A DNA stretch of 64,000 nucleotides from Camelus dromedarius (GCF_036321535.1 NC_087437.1:95482001-95546000); one strand, 5' to 3'. Counted from the first letter of the stretch, positions 12,661-26,034 are shown. A program made the numbers and translations. Notes: generated by a model not told the origin, from the sequence alone.

Positions 12661-14775
12661 ATATGTATTTTTCAGATTCTTTTCCATTATAGACTATTAT
12701 AAGATATTGAATATAGTTCCCTGTGCTTATACAGTAGGTCCTTGTTTTTTAAATCTATTTTATGTATAGTAGTGTGTATATGTAATCCCAAACTCCTAGT
12801 TTATTCCTCCCCCCTTTCTCCTATGGTAATCATAGTTTGTTTTCTATGACTGTAAGTCCATTTCTGGTTTGTAAATACATTCATTTGTATCATTTATTTT
12901 TAGATTTTTTTTTTTTTGGTGGGGGAGGTTATTAGGTTTATCTTTAAAAGAGGTACTGGGATTGAAGCCAGGACCTTGTGCATGCTAAACATGCGCTCTA
13001 ACGCTTGAGCTATACCCTCTCCCTTGTATCATTTTTCTAAGGTTTCACATGTAATTGATATATGATATTTATCTTTCTCTGTTTGGCTTACTTCACTTAG
13101 TACGATAATCTCTAGGTCCATCCATGTTGCTACAAATGGCATTATTTCATTCTTTTTTTTATGGCTGAATAACATGCCACTATATACATACATCACATCT
13201 TCATTCAGTCATCTGTCGATGGACATTTAGGTTACTTCCACATCTTGGCTGTTGTAAACAGTGCTGCAGTGAACACTGGGGTGCACGTATCTTTTCAAAT
13301 TAGAATTTCCTCTGAGTATGCTCAGGAATGAGATTGATGAATCATATGGTAACTCTATTTTTAGCTTTTTAAGAAGCTTCCATACTGTTCTCCATAGTGG
13401 CTGCACCAGTTTACATTCCCACCAACAGTGTAAGAGGGTTCTCTTTTCTCCACACTCTCTCCAGCGTTTATTATTTACAGACTTCTTTGTGATGGCCATT
13501 CTGACTGGTGTGAGATGATAGCTCACTGTAGTTTTGATTTGCATTTCTCTAATAATTAGTGATGTTGAGCATCTTTTCATGTGCTTATTGGCCATCTCTG
13601 TATCTTCTTTGGAGAAATGTCTATTTAGGTCTTCTGCCTATTTGTTGATTTGGTTGGTTGGTTGTTTTGATGTTAAGCTGGATGAGCTGTTTGTATATTT
13701 TGGAAATTAATCCCTTTTTGGCCACATCGTTTGCAAATATTTTCTCCTTGTCTGTAGGTTGTCTTTTCATTTTGTATATGGTTTCCTTTGCTGTGCAAAA
13801 GCATTTAAGTTTAATTAGGTCCAATTTGTTTAGTTTTGCTTTTATTTCCATTACTCTAGGAGACAGATCCACAAAAATATTGCTGTGATTTATGTCAGAG
13901 TGTTCTGCCTATGTTTTCCTCTAGGAATTTTAGAGTATCTGGTCTTACATTGAAGCCTTTAATCCATTTTAAGTTTATTTTTGTATATGGTGTTAGAGAA
14001 TGCTCTAATTTCATTCTTTTACATGTAGCTTCCCAGCACTACTTATTAAAGAGAGTGTCTTTTCTCCATTGTATATTCTTGCCTCCTTTGTCATAGATTA
14101 ATGGGCCATAAGTGTGTAGTTTATTTCTGGGCTTTCTATCCTGTTTCATTGATCCATGTGTTTGTTTTTGTGCAAGTACCATACTGCTTTGATTAGCTTT
14201 GTAGTATAGTCTGAATTCAGGGGGCATGGTTCTTCCAGGTCTGTACTTTCTTCTCAAGATTGTATTGGCTGTTCAGGGTCCTTTGTGGTTCCATACAAAT
14301 TAAAGATTTTTTTGTTTGTTTTGGTTCCATGAAACATATCATTAGTAATTTGATATGGAGTGCATTGAATCTGTAGGTTGCCTTGGACAGTATGACCATT
14401 TTAACAATATTGATTCTTCCAATCCAAAAACATGATGTATCTTTCCATCTATTTATGTCATCTTCAGTTTCTTCCATCATTGTCTTACAGTTTTCAGAAT
14501 ATAGGTCTTTTGCCTCCTTAGGTTGGTTTATTCCTAGATATTTTATTCTTTTTGATGGCAGTGATAAATGATACTGTTTTCTTAATTTTTTTTCTGATAT
14601 TTCATTGTTGGTATATAGAAATGCAACAGATTTCTGTATATGGTATTTTGTATCCTGCAATTTTACCAAATTCTTTACCAAACTACACTGGTAGTTTGTT
14701 AGTGGTGTCTTTAGGATTTTTATGTATAGTATCATGTCATCTGTAAACAGTGACAGTTTCACTGTTCCCTCTAAT
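12661..14775 (-). mobile_element. 5'-truncated, frameshifted LINE-1 (ORF2 RT end, C-terminal Cys domain, 3' UTR)
   Basis: ORF track gives 'KLSLFTDDMILY' (RT FADD-type motif), 'KRIKYLGINQPKEAKDLY' and '[23 protein letters not shown]...[21 protein letters not shown]', split across several frames. L1 3' UTR follows down to ~12661. Confidence 0.95.
12905..13023 (-). mobile_element. tRNA-derived SINE, camelid vic-1 type, nested in the L1 3' UTR
   Basis: Minus strand reads 'gggagagggtatagctcaagcgttagagcgcatgtttagcatgcacaaggtcctggcttcaatccccagtacctc...aaacctaataacctcccccca' plus an A-tail. A-box and B-box are visible. TSD core 'ttgtatcattt' at 12885-12895 and 13024-13034. Confidence 0.88.
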
Positions 14776-14779
14776 GCTT

Positions 14780-15235
14780 TTGGGTTGTTCTTTCCCCAAC
14801 TTTGAGTAGTTTCTTCGCATGCATGCTGTGATCAATACTCTGCTGAATACTCAAAAGGAATTTTCTGCAGATCTCTTGGATTCTCTCTGTGTATAGTCTT
14901 CTTCTATTCAGTACTCTGTCCTGCAAACTCTAGCTGCCTTCATCTCCTTAAACATATAGTTTTATTTCTTCGACTCAAGGAAGTTATCAGACTCTACTTG
15001 CCTACTCACTCCCTTCATTGTGGCCTGGAATGTCCCTCAAGTAGTAAGCTAGGGCAATCATAAGGTGGATCTGAACATTTCCTGTTTCTCAGGGATCCCT
15101 TTCCTTTACACCTGATGTTCTTTGCCTTGGAAACTATTGATTCATATATTTTGACACTTTTTCCCCCACTTCTGGTTGTTTCAGGAAGAAGCTATATCTA
15201 GCTCTTATTTTTCCACCTGGGCCAGAAATGGAATT
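14780..15235 (-). mobile_element. Old L1M (MC/ME-type) 5'-region fragment
   Basis: 'ctgtgatcaatactctgctgaatactcaaaagg...ctctgtcctgcaaactctagctgcctt...gggccagaaatggaa' resembles old L1 5' ends as I recall them. Confidence 0.55.
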
Positions 15236-16269
15236 CATGTAATTTTTCTTTAAAATTTAAAGTCAGATTATATCATCCTCCTCTAAAAGCCCTCTTGTGG
15301 CTCACTTTTTCCTTAACGTAAATTCTAAACTTCTCATTAATGCCACAAAGCCTTATAGAATTTGGCTCCTGTCTGTTTTCTGGCTTTATACCCTAGTCTT
15401 CCAGGAAATTTGTCTGTGTAGCACAGGTAAAATTCTCTTGCTCTTCTCTCTCCCATTAAAACAAGAAATACAATAATTGTATATGTATAATTTTCCAATT
15501 ATTTTTCCACTTAGCAATATATCCTGTAGATATTTATATCTCAGCATATAAAAATTTACTTTTTCTTCTTAAAGGCTGCATCTTATTTCATAGACAAAAA
15601 TGTAATTGGTTAAATTTAGTGTTATGATGTACCCTTTTAATTTATACAGAACCAGTATGACCTTTTCTAGATCTATAAATATTTTTTTTTGAAACTTGTA
15701 GCTGTGCAAATAAAGATTTCACACAGGTTGTGTTCTTTTGGCCTCCTGAACATTGTGTCAGCTAATGTGACTAAAGATGGAAAATGTTTCTTGTTTCCCA
15801 TATCAAAGTCTGTATAGAGATAACTATCTGACTTTCCAAACTTAAATTTCTATATTAGTAATAATTACTCCCTCTGAGAAAGAATGCATCCAAAAGAATG
15901 CCCCTTTTGGAAATTCCTCTGTAAGGGCTCTGGATGTCAGTGTTTGCCCTAACACCTTTGTTGCCATGTGTACCCCCTGTGAATACACAGCAGTTTAGGG
16001 AAAAAGGGATGAGGTTGGTTTGTGACCTTCATGTAAAGATGATCCACAGAAAAGTGATCCACTGGCTCTAAATATATAGGTATATATTTTCTTTTATATG
16101 TAAACATATGTTATATGTATATATCATGTATGCTATTTAAGGTGACAATTGTTCAGATTTTCTATTACTTTTGGAAAAATCTGAAACTGATACTTCAGCA
16201 AATAAAATTACTTACAACGTTTTTAGATTTGCAGTATATACTTTCTCTTGAGCCATTATTATTGGGGGG

Positions 16270-16680
16270 AAAAGGCATTGTTCACTTGCTTACCTTTATT
16301 TCCTTAGGGATTGGCAGAATATTTGAACTCGTAATAAGTACAAAATATTGTTTGTTAAAAGATTGAATAAAGAAACAAGACTCAGAGTTTTAATAGGGAA
16401 AGTTTACCAACAAAGTGAGCAATATATATTAAATGACTAGCCATCTTCAATAGGCTCATCATAATTTTAGCTTTTGTATAATGATACCTATATTAACACA
16501 ATCAAGGCATTCATTGGAATATAAACCTTATATTCATTAGAATATAAGAATGTAAGCATTCTTACAAGTATGTAAGAGAAAAAAACAGGTATCTTGTTCA
16601 CTACTGCATCAACAGCACTCTTAATAGTGGACGACATATAGTAGGTACAATAAATACTTGATAAGTTAATAAGTTTAAGC
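16270..16680 (+). mobile_element. Two L2 3'-terminal fragments
   Basis: For example 'cttgttcactactgcatcaacagcactcttaatagtggacgacatatagtaggtacaataaatacttg'. Confidence 0.6.
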
Positions 16681-18670
16681 ATATGTTGTTTAAAGAAAAA
16701 TGTAAAATCACTTAAAATTTTCTGTCAACATAACTAATTAGGATTTTATGTTGATATCCATACAATAAAATATTTTTGATAAAAGAGAGTTGAATATGAA
16801 TTTTGTATTGTTCTGAATACTACTCCGTTCTTCTGTCATATATTTATAATGAGTTTAAATTCTAGAAGCAGGTAAAGTTAACCTCAAATATTACAAGTCA
16901 CTAATATATCCCGGGAACTCACACACATATTGTGTTCTAAATTTTTTTTTCCTTTTTAAAAACAATATGGTTTTTGGTAGGTTGAATCCACCCAACCATC
17001 AGGTATGGATTATTGTTGACTCCTGCCAATATGCAATACAAAATCCTGGCCAGAGTAACTTCCTCCCGTGAAATAGGCCTGTCACCTAACCAAGGTGATG
17101 AGAAGGAAGAATAATCTTGGGAAAGAGAAAATTTCCACCTTTTTTAAAGAAATGACTGGAAGAGTTTTTTTTTCTTCTCTTGGATAGGATTGCATGATAT
17201 GAAGATATGAAGTGTGACATTATTAGAGGCATTTTGATTCCAATTGGGGGAGTGCCTAGAACTTTTGGAAAGAGGCATCTTATTGAGCCTATGAGTAAAA
17301 GCAACATCATGAAAAGCAATATGGAAAGACAGAAAGAATTTGTTCTACGTAAATTAATTTAAATTCCAGTTTAAATCCAGTTTATCTGCCCTTGTAACAC
17401 AAAAAGTACTAAATGTTGTAGATGAAACATGCTTTCTCCTGTTTTACCAAATACAATTTATTATGTCTTTGGAAAACATAATACACATAAGTAATTAAGG
17501 AATTCAGGAGGTAATTCGATTTAGTTTTTATTTGAGTCTACCTTCTAGTTTTCATTTTCTGGTAGAATGCTTCAGAATTCATCTGTAGAAATCCATAATT
17601 GTAAATAAAATTTGGCATTGAATATTTCATTATTGGAGGATGTAAAATTTGGTGAAATTACACTTTCAAATTTTATATGTATTAAATTCAGTTTCAGTGT
17701 GAGTAAAAACAGCAGTTTAAAGTAATTTTCCAGTCTGTTTACAATAAAGTGATGATTTAACTCTTATGTTCACCAGTGAAGTTTATTAAATTGTTCAGCA
17801 TAATTTTTAACTATGCAAGTCACATGTTAACCCAGAAGGTTTGTTGAGAGACAATGAAAGAATTTGCCTTTGCTCAAGATTAAGGGAGACTTCCATTAAT
17901 GATGAATAAGATTGGAGAAAGAGGACTTTCAAGAGTCAAGGAAAGAAATCTTGTGGTAATAAATGAAAAATAGGCATTTGCCCACATTTTGAAACTGTTG
18001 AAAAAGAGAAACCTTAGAACAGCAGGGGCAGTTAACCGATCCATATTGAAAGTCTTCCCAATTCTAAACACATATTTATAATACTGTAATTGTGGTTCAG
18101 AATTATGTCTCAGGAAAAAGTAAACAACAAAACACCTGGATGAAACTATTATTGGTTACATTTCTTTCTGGAGCAGAAACATATTATATTGACCTGTACC
18201 ACACCTGTGGCTATACAAACTTCAAACTGGGCAATTATCGCTTAATCTTATTGATAGCCATTTGGTGAAACATCCTTATTTTAACTTTCTTTCAAAATAT
18301 TACAACAGTATGTTCTCTAAAATAAATGGAAGTGAGTTTTCTTGGCTGTGATCTAAATAAAAGTTTTTCAAATACATTATAAGTCAGTTTCTTGAGTAGT
18401 AGAATGAGGTGAAACCCCTTTCAATGGGGTACCATTCAGATCAGAATTACTCATCACAGCCCTGTATGGAAGTGGTACTATCCCTGCCTGTAGAAAGAGG
18501 ATTGCAAAGCTTAGAGGGGTGAAGGGATTGCAGAAATGTTCCAAAGTTTATAATTTGAAAGCCAATGATTGAATAGAGAATTAACATCATGTTTTACATT
18601 TATAAAATTCTCATTCCCCCTCTTAGAATGAATGCATGAATTAGCGTTTTAAAGGAATATTATTTAAAAT

Positions 18671-19690
18671 TTTATTTTTTAATTAACATACAGTAAAACT
18701 GACATTTTTGGTATACAGTTCTATGAAGTTTAATACATGTGTAGATTTGTGTAACCACCACCCTAGTCAGGATACAGAAAGTTCCATCATCCTGCCAAAC
18801 TCTCTGTACTGTCCCTTTATAGGTACACCCTCCCCCATCCCTCACCCCTGGCAACCTCTGATCTCTTCAACATCTTGATGGTTTTGTCTTTTGAGAATGT
18901 CATATAAGTGGAATCGTTCAGGCACCCACTTAATTTATATCTGCTCTCATCTATATTATTTCTTTTCCTCTGCTTGCTTTGGATTTAGTTTCCTCTTCTT
19001 TTTCTAGTTTTATGAAATGGAAGCTTAGGTTATTAATTTGAGACATTTCTTTTGTAATGTAAGCATTTGACTTTTTAAAGAGTGTTTCCTTGTAAACATT
19101 GTCTTAGCTACATCCTACAAATTTTGATGTGTTGCATTTTAATTTTTTCAGTTCAAAATATTTTCTAATTTCCCTTGAGACTCCTCTTTTATTTATATGT
19201 TTTAAAGTGTATGTGCTTTTTCAATTTCTATGATTCTTCTGTATCTCTTGTTATTGATTTCAAGTTTAATTCCATTATGATTTAAAAACATACTTTGTAT
19301 GATATAAATTCTTTTAAATGTGTTAAGGTTTGTTTAATATCCCAGGATACGATCTATTATGATGAATGTTCCATGCGCACTGGAAAATGATATGTGTTTT
19401 CCGTGCATCAAACTGGGACTAGAGGGCTTCTAGTACTCTGTGCCAATGCCTACTTCTGGGTTTTTTGCTGCCTTGAGTACCAAGCTTGAAGATACTAAAG
19501 AGGGGGGAAAAAAGGTAATTTCACTACTGGTTTTGTGGTACTTTAACTCTGTTCTACTGCAGTTTCCTTCTGTTATTTCCTTTTCAGAGTCCTCAAACGG
19601 TGTCTTCATGCATTCCCTCCAGATTTCATAGCTGCTGTCATCAGGAGAGATTGGGTAGCACGTGCTTACTTCATCTTACCTAGTAAAAGA
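18671..19690 (-). mobile_element. Internally deleted old L1 (L1MC/MD-type): 3' end, ORF2 endonuclease-side piece and 5'-end piece
   Basis: 18671-18920 is an L1 3' end ('ttaacatacagtaaaactgac...gtaaccaccacc'). 18925-19400 is antisense ORF2 ('tctgctctcatctatattatttcttttcctctgcttgctttgg...gaatgttccatgcgcactgg'). 19400-19690 resembles a 5' UTR. Confidence 0.7.
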
Positions 19691-19782
19691 ATTATTGAGC
19701 TAAATTGTTATTATCAATTTCACCACATTCAAAAGCACACATGCCTGATTTTATGGAAAACCCTTTGTAAAAAGTGATCTTT

Positions 19783-20060
19783 TATTTATTTATTCACAAA
19801 TACTCATTTAGCACCTTCTATGTGTTGGCACTGTTCTAGGCAACACAATGAACAGAACACCAAAAAGATTCAAGTCTATGTTCTCATAGGAGATAGACAA
19901 AATACAATTAAAAATATGTAACACATTAGATGGTGGTAGTTGCAATAAAGAAACATAAGGTGGAAGCAGGTGATTTGAAGTGTTGTAAAAAAAGGTATTG
20001 CAATTTTAAAAAAGTACCATGAAGAAAATTGTGACCAAAAAGGGGATATCTGAATGAAGA
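19783..20060 (-). mobile_element. L2a-like 3' end
   Basis: 'tatttatttattcacaaatactcatttagcaccttctatgtgttggcactgttctaggc'. Confidence 0.75.
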
Positions 20061-23000
20061 AAGATTAGCATTTAATTGTGCAAATTGTGATCACCATCTT
20101 TGAAAACTGGGCTTAAAATAGATAAATTTGAGATTTGTATATTTTTAATATAATTATCTAATTAAAAGTTGTAGTTATCTCAATCATAGATTTATTAAGT
20201 GCCATTCAATTATTAAAGTTATGTGCCAAACAAATAAATCTTAAACTTATATTAGACAAAAATAATCTTAATAATATGTAAAATGAAATTGAATTTGTCC
20301 ATAAATGATTTTATGCAACACAGATTGGTCTCTGCTGGACTAGTAAACGTGTGCCTCGACATGGACAAGGTGTATTTTTTTCTCTAACTAAATTTAGTAG
20401 TTTTTATTTAAGTTTTGAGAGTGGGTTATCCATATGAATTGCCATGGGGGAAAATCATCAAATTAACATCGTGGTTAAAGTTTTAAATAGCAACTCTGTT
20501 TTTCAAGTGCTGAAACACACCTCCAATATCAATATTGAATGTCACCTCCAAACACAGTCTTTAATTGCTTGAAAATCTTACCTCATCCTTTGTCAGGAGT
20601 CGTAAGAGCAATATGGAAAATGCTAGGACAAAGTCAGCTGCTACCATCTTAGGTAAAATTCCATGTCCAGATGTTGCCCTCTACAGTTGCCGTGTGATTC
20701 TAATTGACTCCCTGGGGAATCTCAGTTTGTGCCGCTGAGGGCCCAATTCAGCTTTGGAGTTGTGAGTGAGTAAGTGATGACAGGGGTTGACGCAGTGTGT
20801 TTGTGCATGTGGAAGTGTTGAGAATAGGAGGTTATACAAAGGCCAATGGTCATTACTTCCAAGGCCCAGTGGAACTTACACCTTGCTTGTCAGTTCTTAC
20901 CTTTAGCACAATTACATGTATATTTTGAAACACAAAAGCACCTGAAACTTATTAACCAACAGGCAATAATTCTTTCAAAAACAAAATAAAGAGGGCATAT
21001 ACATACATATTTGTATTTATATATGAATTTGTTTATATATATATTTGTACACACACATTCACAAATATGTATGTATTTATTTGAAAACATAAAAACTATT
21101 TTAAGTCTACATAAGTATGTTATCTGAGAATAGTAGCGTCTTTTCTGGAAGTTCACATATTTAGCATTTTTATTGCTGTGCCAAGTAAATGGTGTTGCTT
21201 TTGGATACTCTGATGTTCTCTTTTTTTGTTCTTGCACACAGCTTAAAATATATCTTCTCTGTTAAGAAATTAGAGTACCTTCAAATCCTTTATCTTACTC
21301 TAATTAAATTCTCAGCTAAAGGGAAACATATGCTTAAATTTCTGTATGAGAATGTTAAAAAGAGTATCCTTTTCCTATACAAGTCACCATCACAAATTTT
21401 TAGTTGGATGTGGCCCAACTCTAAAACTTCACTCTTTGATACATAAATCTGACTTTCTTAAAAAAATTCGTATTTAAGAATAACTCAATAGTTTTATAAT
21501 AGGAAAAGAAAATAGTTGAGTACCTGGCCTTATATTAAATAGTACCTTGAACTTTCCCTCAGTAGTTAAAGAGAACCATACTTAAAACATAATTTAAATT
21601 TTCATAAATTTTAATCTGAATAATCTGGTAATCACTCTGGAGAGATAGCCTAATGTGAAATGAAGATATGCAGAATGAAAACAAATCCATAGAAAGGTAT
21701 GAAGTTATAAAAATCATAGAGAATCTACCTAAGGAAAAAGAGGCTCATAAGCAGAGGATAAGACAGTAGTTTGCTTTCAAAAGATTGACCTAAATTAAAA
21801 TGAATGTTAAGAAGCTGCTGATAAAAATTGCTTATTCTTTTGTTCTGAACTCTCTTAGAGAATCTTTTTTCTGTAATTTCACATACACGTGTATAGAACA
21901 TTTGATGCTATAAGGATTTAAATGAGAGAAAATTGTAGGTATGGTTTAAGTCTTCTGTATGATTATAATTAGTTTCTTTTGGAAATATACTGTTAATTTC
22001 TATATGTACATTTAATGAAAAATCTCATAAGTATCTTAATATTATTTAATTTTAATAATAATACAACTTATGTATTGAACACTGTCTCTAGGACAGGTGA
22101 CTATTTCACATTTGATTAAAATATGCACAATATGCTATCAACCGCATGAAATGAAACCATTTATTATTTGACAAATATCTTTATCATAACACAAACTAAT
22201 AAGATTTCTTCTCAGATTTATGTCTCATAATGATTATTTTGTGTTGCCAAATACAATGCATTCTTCAGCCATATGTTTTGTGAGTTGAAAACTTAACATG
22301 GAGGATGTATCTGCTCCATTACTCAGATATTTCTTCATGAACATTGTTGTAGCTTTTTTTTTTTTTTTGGCTTTGTTAACCATAGTTAGAAATAGTAAAG
22401 ATAGAAAGAATGAAAAAGAAAATCTCAATGTTTCAAATTTGGTGTTTTTCTATGAATAAGTGAGAGTAAATAAATATTGGTAACCACCAGAAAGTTAAAC
22501 AGAATAATTTAGAAAATATTAGCAATAGGATAAAATGTAGTATTTGGCATGGTACCTCACCCTATGGGGAACTGAAACATCATTCTTTTATACTTCAAAG
22601 TATTTGTACATCATGTTAAGTTTTTAAGAAATTATAACAATTCAGAAAATATTGACCTATTCATTACATTGTTCAATGTTAGTAATCCCCACTTCCATTA
22701 TTCACTGTTTTTTCCTCATTTGTTTTAAAATTTTTCCTTCAGTCTATAAGTTTCCTTTACATGATCTTTTGTTAGTGTTTTTCCAACTACAGGTTGAAAT
22801 TCACTAATCAGTGGCAGGGAATTTTAAAAGTTTACAACTACAGAACAGAAAATATTAGCGTACCTTTCATGCATTATTTTAAGAACACGTTTCACGGAAA
22901 GATTTGTTTCATTTATGTACACTGCATTGCAGTGGAAGCTGAGTTTCTTCCTGTAGGTTCTGGTCAAGTATTACTGAAAAGCCACTTGGCTGGATTAAAG

Positions 23001-23999
23001 GCAACAGAAAAGAACCCTTTGTATGTAGTGCTGTTGCTTATGTCAGTAGTTCATTTACTGCATCTTATCTGTATTTTGGAATACACACAATGAATATAAT
23101 CAAGTGGCCCACTTTCAGTGTTGCAAACAGGATTTCACTGATGGTTGATGAATTGCTCGTAAGGATGAAAAACAAAGTGTTAGACTTAATCATTTTACTG
23201 TCAGAGATCTATGTATCAATCTTTGGTGAAAAACATCCTTGAGAGAAGAAGCTGGCTATTACTTAATTAGCATTGGAGTATTACAGGCACAGATTTTCAT
23301 TTCATAACTGTATTTCAAATGAATTATGAAACTAAACAGAAGTCAAAGATGTAATACAGCCTGTAGATTCTACAAGACGAAGATGAATTTGGCCATATAT
23401 AACAACCTTAGCTAAAATAGGTTCCTGTGACTTTGCAGAAGCAATCACCAGGTTTAAGTGAACTAGGTTCCTGTGAATTTGAAAAAAAAAAAAAAAATCC
23501 CTGAGCACAGAGACTCAGAGCATGGATTCATTGGTAACAATCTTATAGTCAAAGTACATGCAATATTTGATATTATCCCCATTTGAAACCTGCTGTTCCA
23601 CACCTAGAACACAGTCAAGATAAAAAAGTTATCTATAGAATCAGAATTCTAAAGTAGAGCAGTGACTCAGTCAGGGGCTGGCATCTTACAAGACATAGTG
23701 GACATAAGTTGGATGGAATAGACTCCAGGTAAGAGACTTTGGCCACTCCTGTAGGGTGACTACAGGGGAAGCTGACCCAGCTTCAGGTACTTAAAGGCGA
23801 AGGATCCAAGTTGTGAAGTTGGTTACTATAAAATAAGGGTGCTGCCTGTGTGGTTATAGAGATGCATTGCAGAGAAATAGCATACAACAATGGTAGTTCC
23901 CAGAACAGGAGATACTTACATATTTCTTTGAATAGGGCCAGGATTAAGTCACAGCACAGGAAAGCAGAAGGGCATAGTAGACTAATTAGGGACTGCACT

Positions 24000-24494
24000 A
24001 ACTATGTCTCAGATAACATGCAGAGTGTAAGCAAGTCAGGGTTGATTTTAATCACATAAAAAAATCTGCAGTAGGCAGTTGAGAATTGGTGCAGCTGTTC
24101 AGGATTTTGTAAAGATACAGGATCTTTCTATCTGCCTTCTATGTCATCCTTATACTTAGGTCCCATGCTTATGATTGCAAGATATCTGCTACATCTTCAG
24201 GTGTTGCATTCACATTTTGGGCAGGAGAAAGGAACAAGGGTTAAGGGCCAAGAACAAAAACCCAAAGGACTTTCTCTTGGAAAGAAAAAAAAAATGAAAG
24301 AACTTATATCTTCCCCAAAGAAATCCAATTACATCTTACTGACCAGAATTCTGCTAACAGATATTGTAACTTCAAGGGAGGCTGGAAAATAGAATATTTT
24401 AGCTGAACTCATTGCCGCTTTGGAAAAAAAGACATCCATTAGTATGGAAGAGGAGGAATGGATATTAGGCAGGCCACCAGCAGTGTCTGCAACA
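24000..24494 (-). mobile_element. MaLR solo LTR (MLT1J-like)
   Basis: The minus strand starts 'tgttgcagacactgctggtggcctgcctaatatccattcctcctcttcc...gcggcaatgagttcagctaaaatattctattttccagcctcccttg', matching the MLT1J 5' end as I recall it. Confidence 0.85.
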
Positions 24495-25690
24495 GGGTAT
24501 CTGGAATCGAATTTTGTAATCTCAAGGACAATAATGCAGAAGGAATGTATGGAAATAACCCAAGCAGTAGACATGAGAAGAAAGGGAAGATATTACCCTA
24601 TAACCAAGTCAAATAACTGTCTCACTCAGGAGGGTTTTGTATATTTTCTACTGAGTGGTGGACCAATTTCATGGCATAATCAAACCAAAACCTGCAAACT
24701 GACACAAATAAACTACGTGCAGAGCTGGCAGTTGGTTAATCTGGCTGAAGAAGCAAATGTCAGGACAGAACTTGAGTAAAATCTAACTTGTATGAAGCAC
24801 TTTGTAATTTACAAAATGCTTTCCATTTTCTTAAAGCATGAAAAAAGAAGTTGGTATCAAGTTAAGAGTTCGTGATATTATGAGATTCCAGACTTCTTGG
24901 AGTTAATTTTATTCCTTAAATTGGGCACTCTTGTCTGTTTTCTAAAGTTTAAAAGCATTAAGCATTTAAAAAAATACCACTTGATATGTAATTGGCATCA
25001 AGATTCATTTTTTTCCCACTTGGATTTTATCTTTTGCCAGCAAGCCATGTCTTGTTACTATATAAGCAGTATTTTCTTTTATGTCTGTGCTCACTAGCTA
25101 CAGGGAGAGAATGGCTAGATATTAGTTAGTGCTTAGTGACATATCTCATTTTACAGAGAAGGTTTTTATATTTCACATTACCAAATCAGTGACATAGTTA
25201 TTTGTTCATATGCATCTCCTTTTAGTCTTTTGGAGTTACACTATTGAGTATATTATGTATATCGATTGAGAATTCTTTAAATATTTCAGATTGTATTCAT
25301 TTTCTAAAAGTGAGTTTATAGGTTATAGTAATACATTCAAAAATATTTTAATCACAGTTTTTTGTGAGTGTTATTTTTATTTGCAAAACATGTATTTTAT
25401 TGATATTCCATGAAAGTTCTTTATTTTCCAATCCCTTACCAAATAGTGGTTACAAATTTTTAATAAGATGTTGTGAATATTAGTTATAATTTGATTGCAA
25501 TGATTGGTGTAACAGAAGTGACTAATTTTCACCTTGAAATTGAGTTTAAAAAAACAAGTATACTGGAGTTGAATATTTCACTGAGACAATACAGTGTTTT
25601 GTTTGTGTTAATCAATTGATATTTGTGAATCAAATGGCTTCTTGTAAAGTTCAGGGGTCCATTTAATAGTTCTCAAACTAGACCCTATGC

Positions 25691-26034
25691 AATGATGTCC
25701 AGTAGAAATATAATGTGAGCCATGTGTGGGATTTTAAATTTTCTAGTGGAAACATATTAAAAAAGTAAAAGAAACTGGTAAGATTGATGTTAATATTATT
25801 CTTGATTTATACTAATATATTCAAAATATTATAATTTCAATAATTACAGCAATACAAATGATACTATAATGGTAATTTAACATTATAAATGTTAATTGTT
25901 ATAAATGTAAGCTAGCTTTCTTGTTCATAACAAATTCTTTGAAATCCAGTGTCCATTTTACATTTATAGTGTATCTGAATTTGGACTTGCTTGTAGCCAC
26001 ATGTGGGTTAGTGGTTCCTGTATTGGACAGTGCA
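25691..26034. mobile_element. MER33-like (hAT-Charlie)
   Basis: 'caatgatgtccagtagaaatataatgtgagcca' at one end and 'gtagccacatgtgggttagtggttcctgtattggacagtgca' at the other. Confidence 0.8.

Noticed and set aside
12950..13023. tRNA gene
   Set aside because: The tRNA-like head continues into a SINE body, A-tail and TSD, so it is a SINE.
13227..14762. L1 ORF2 as a functional CDS
   Set aside because: 5'-truncated and broken across several frames.
20901..20941. 41-nt minus-strand micro-exon (tttcag|...AAG|gtaaga)
   Set aside because: Weak polypyrimidine tract, not frame-preserving, and no recognisable peptide.
22793..23093. Plus-strand acceptor-like site followed by a 99-aa ORF
   Set aside because: No recognisable homology and no convincing in-frame donor.
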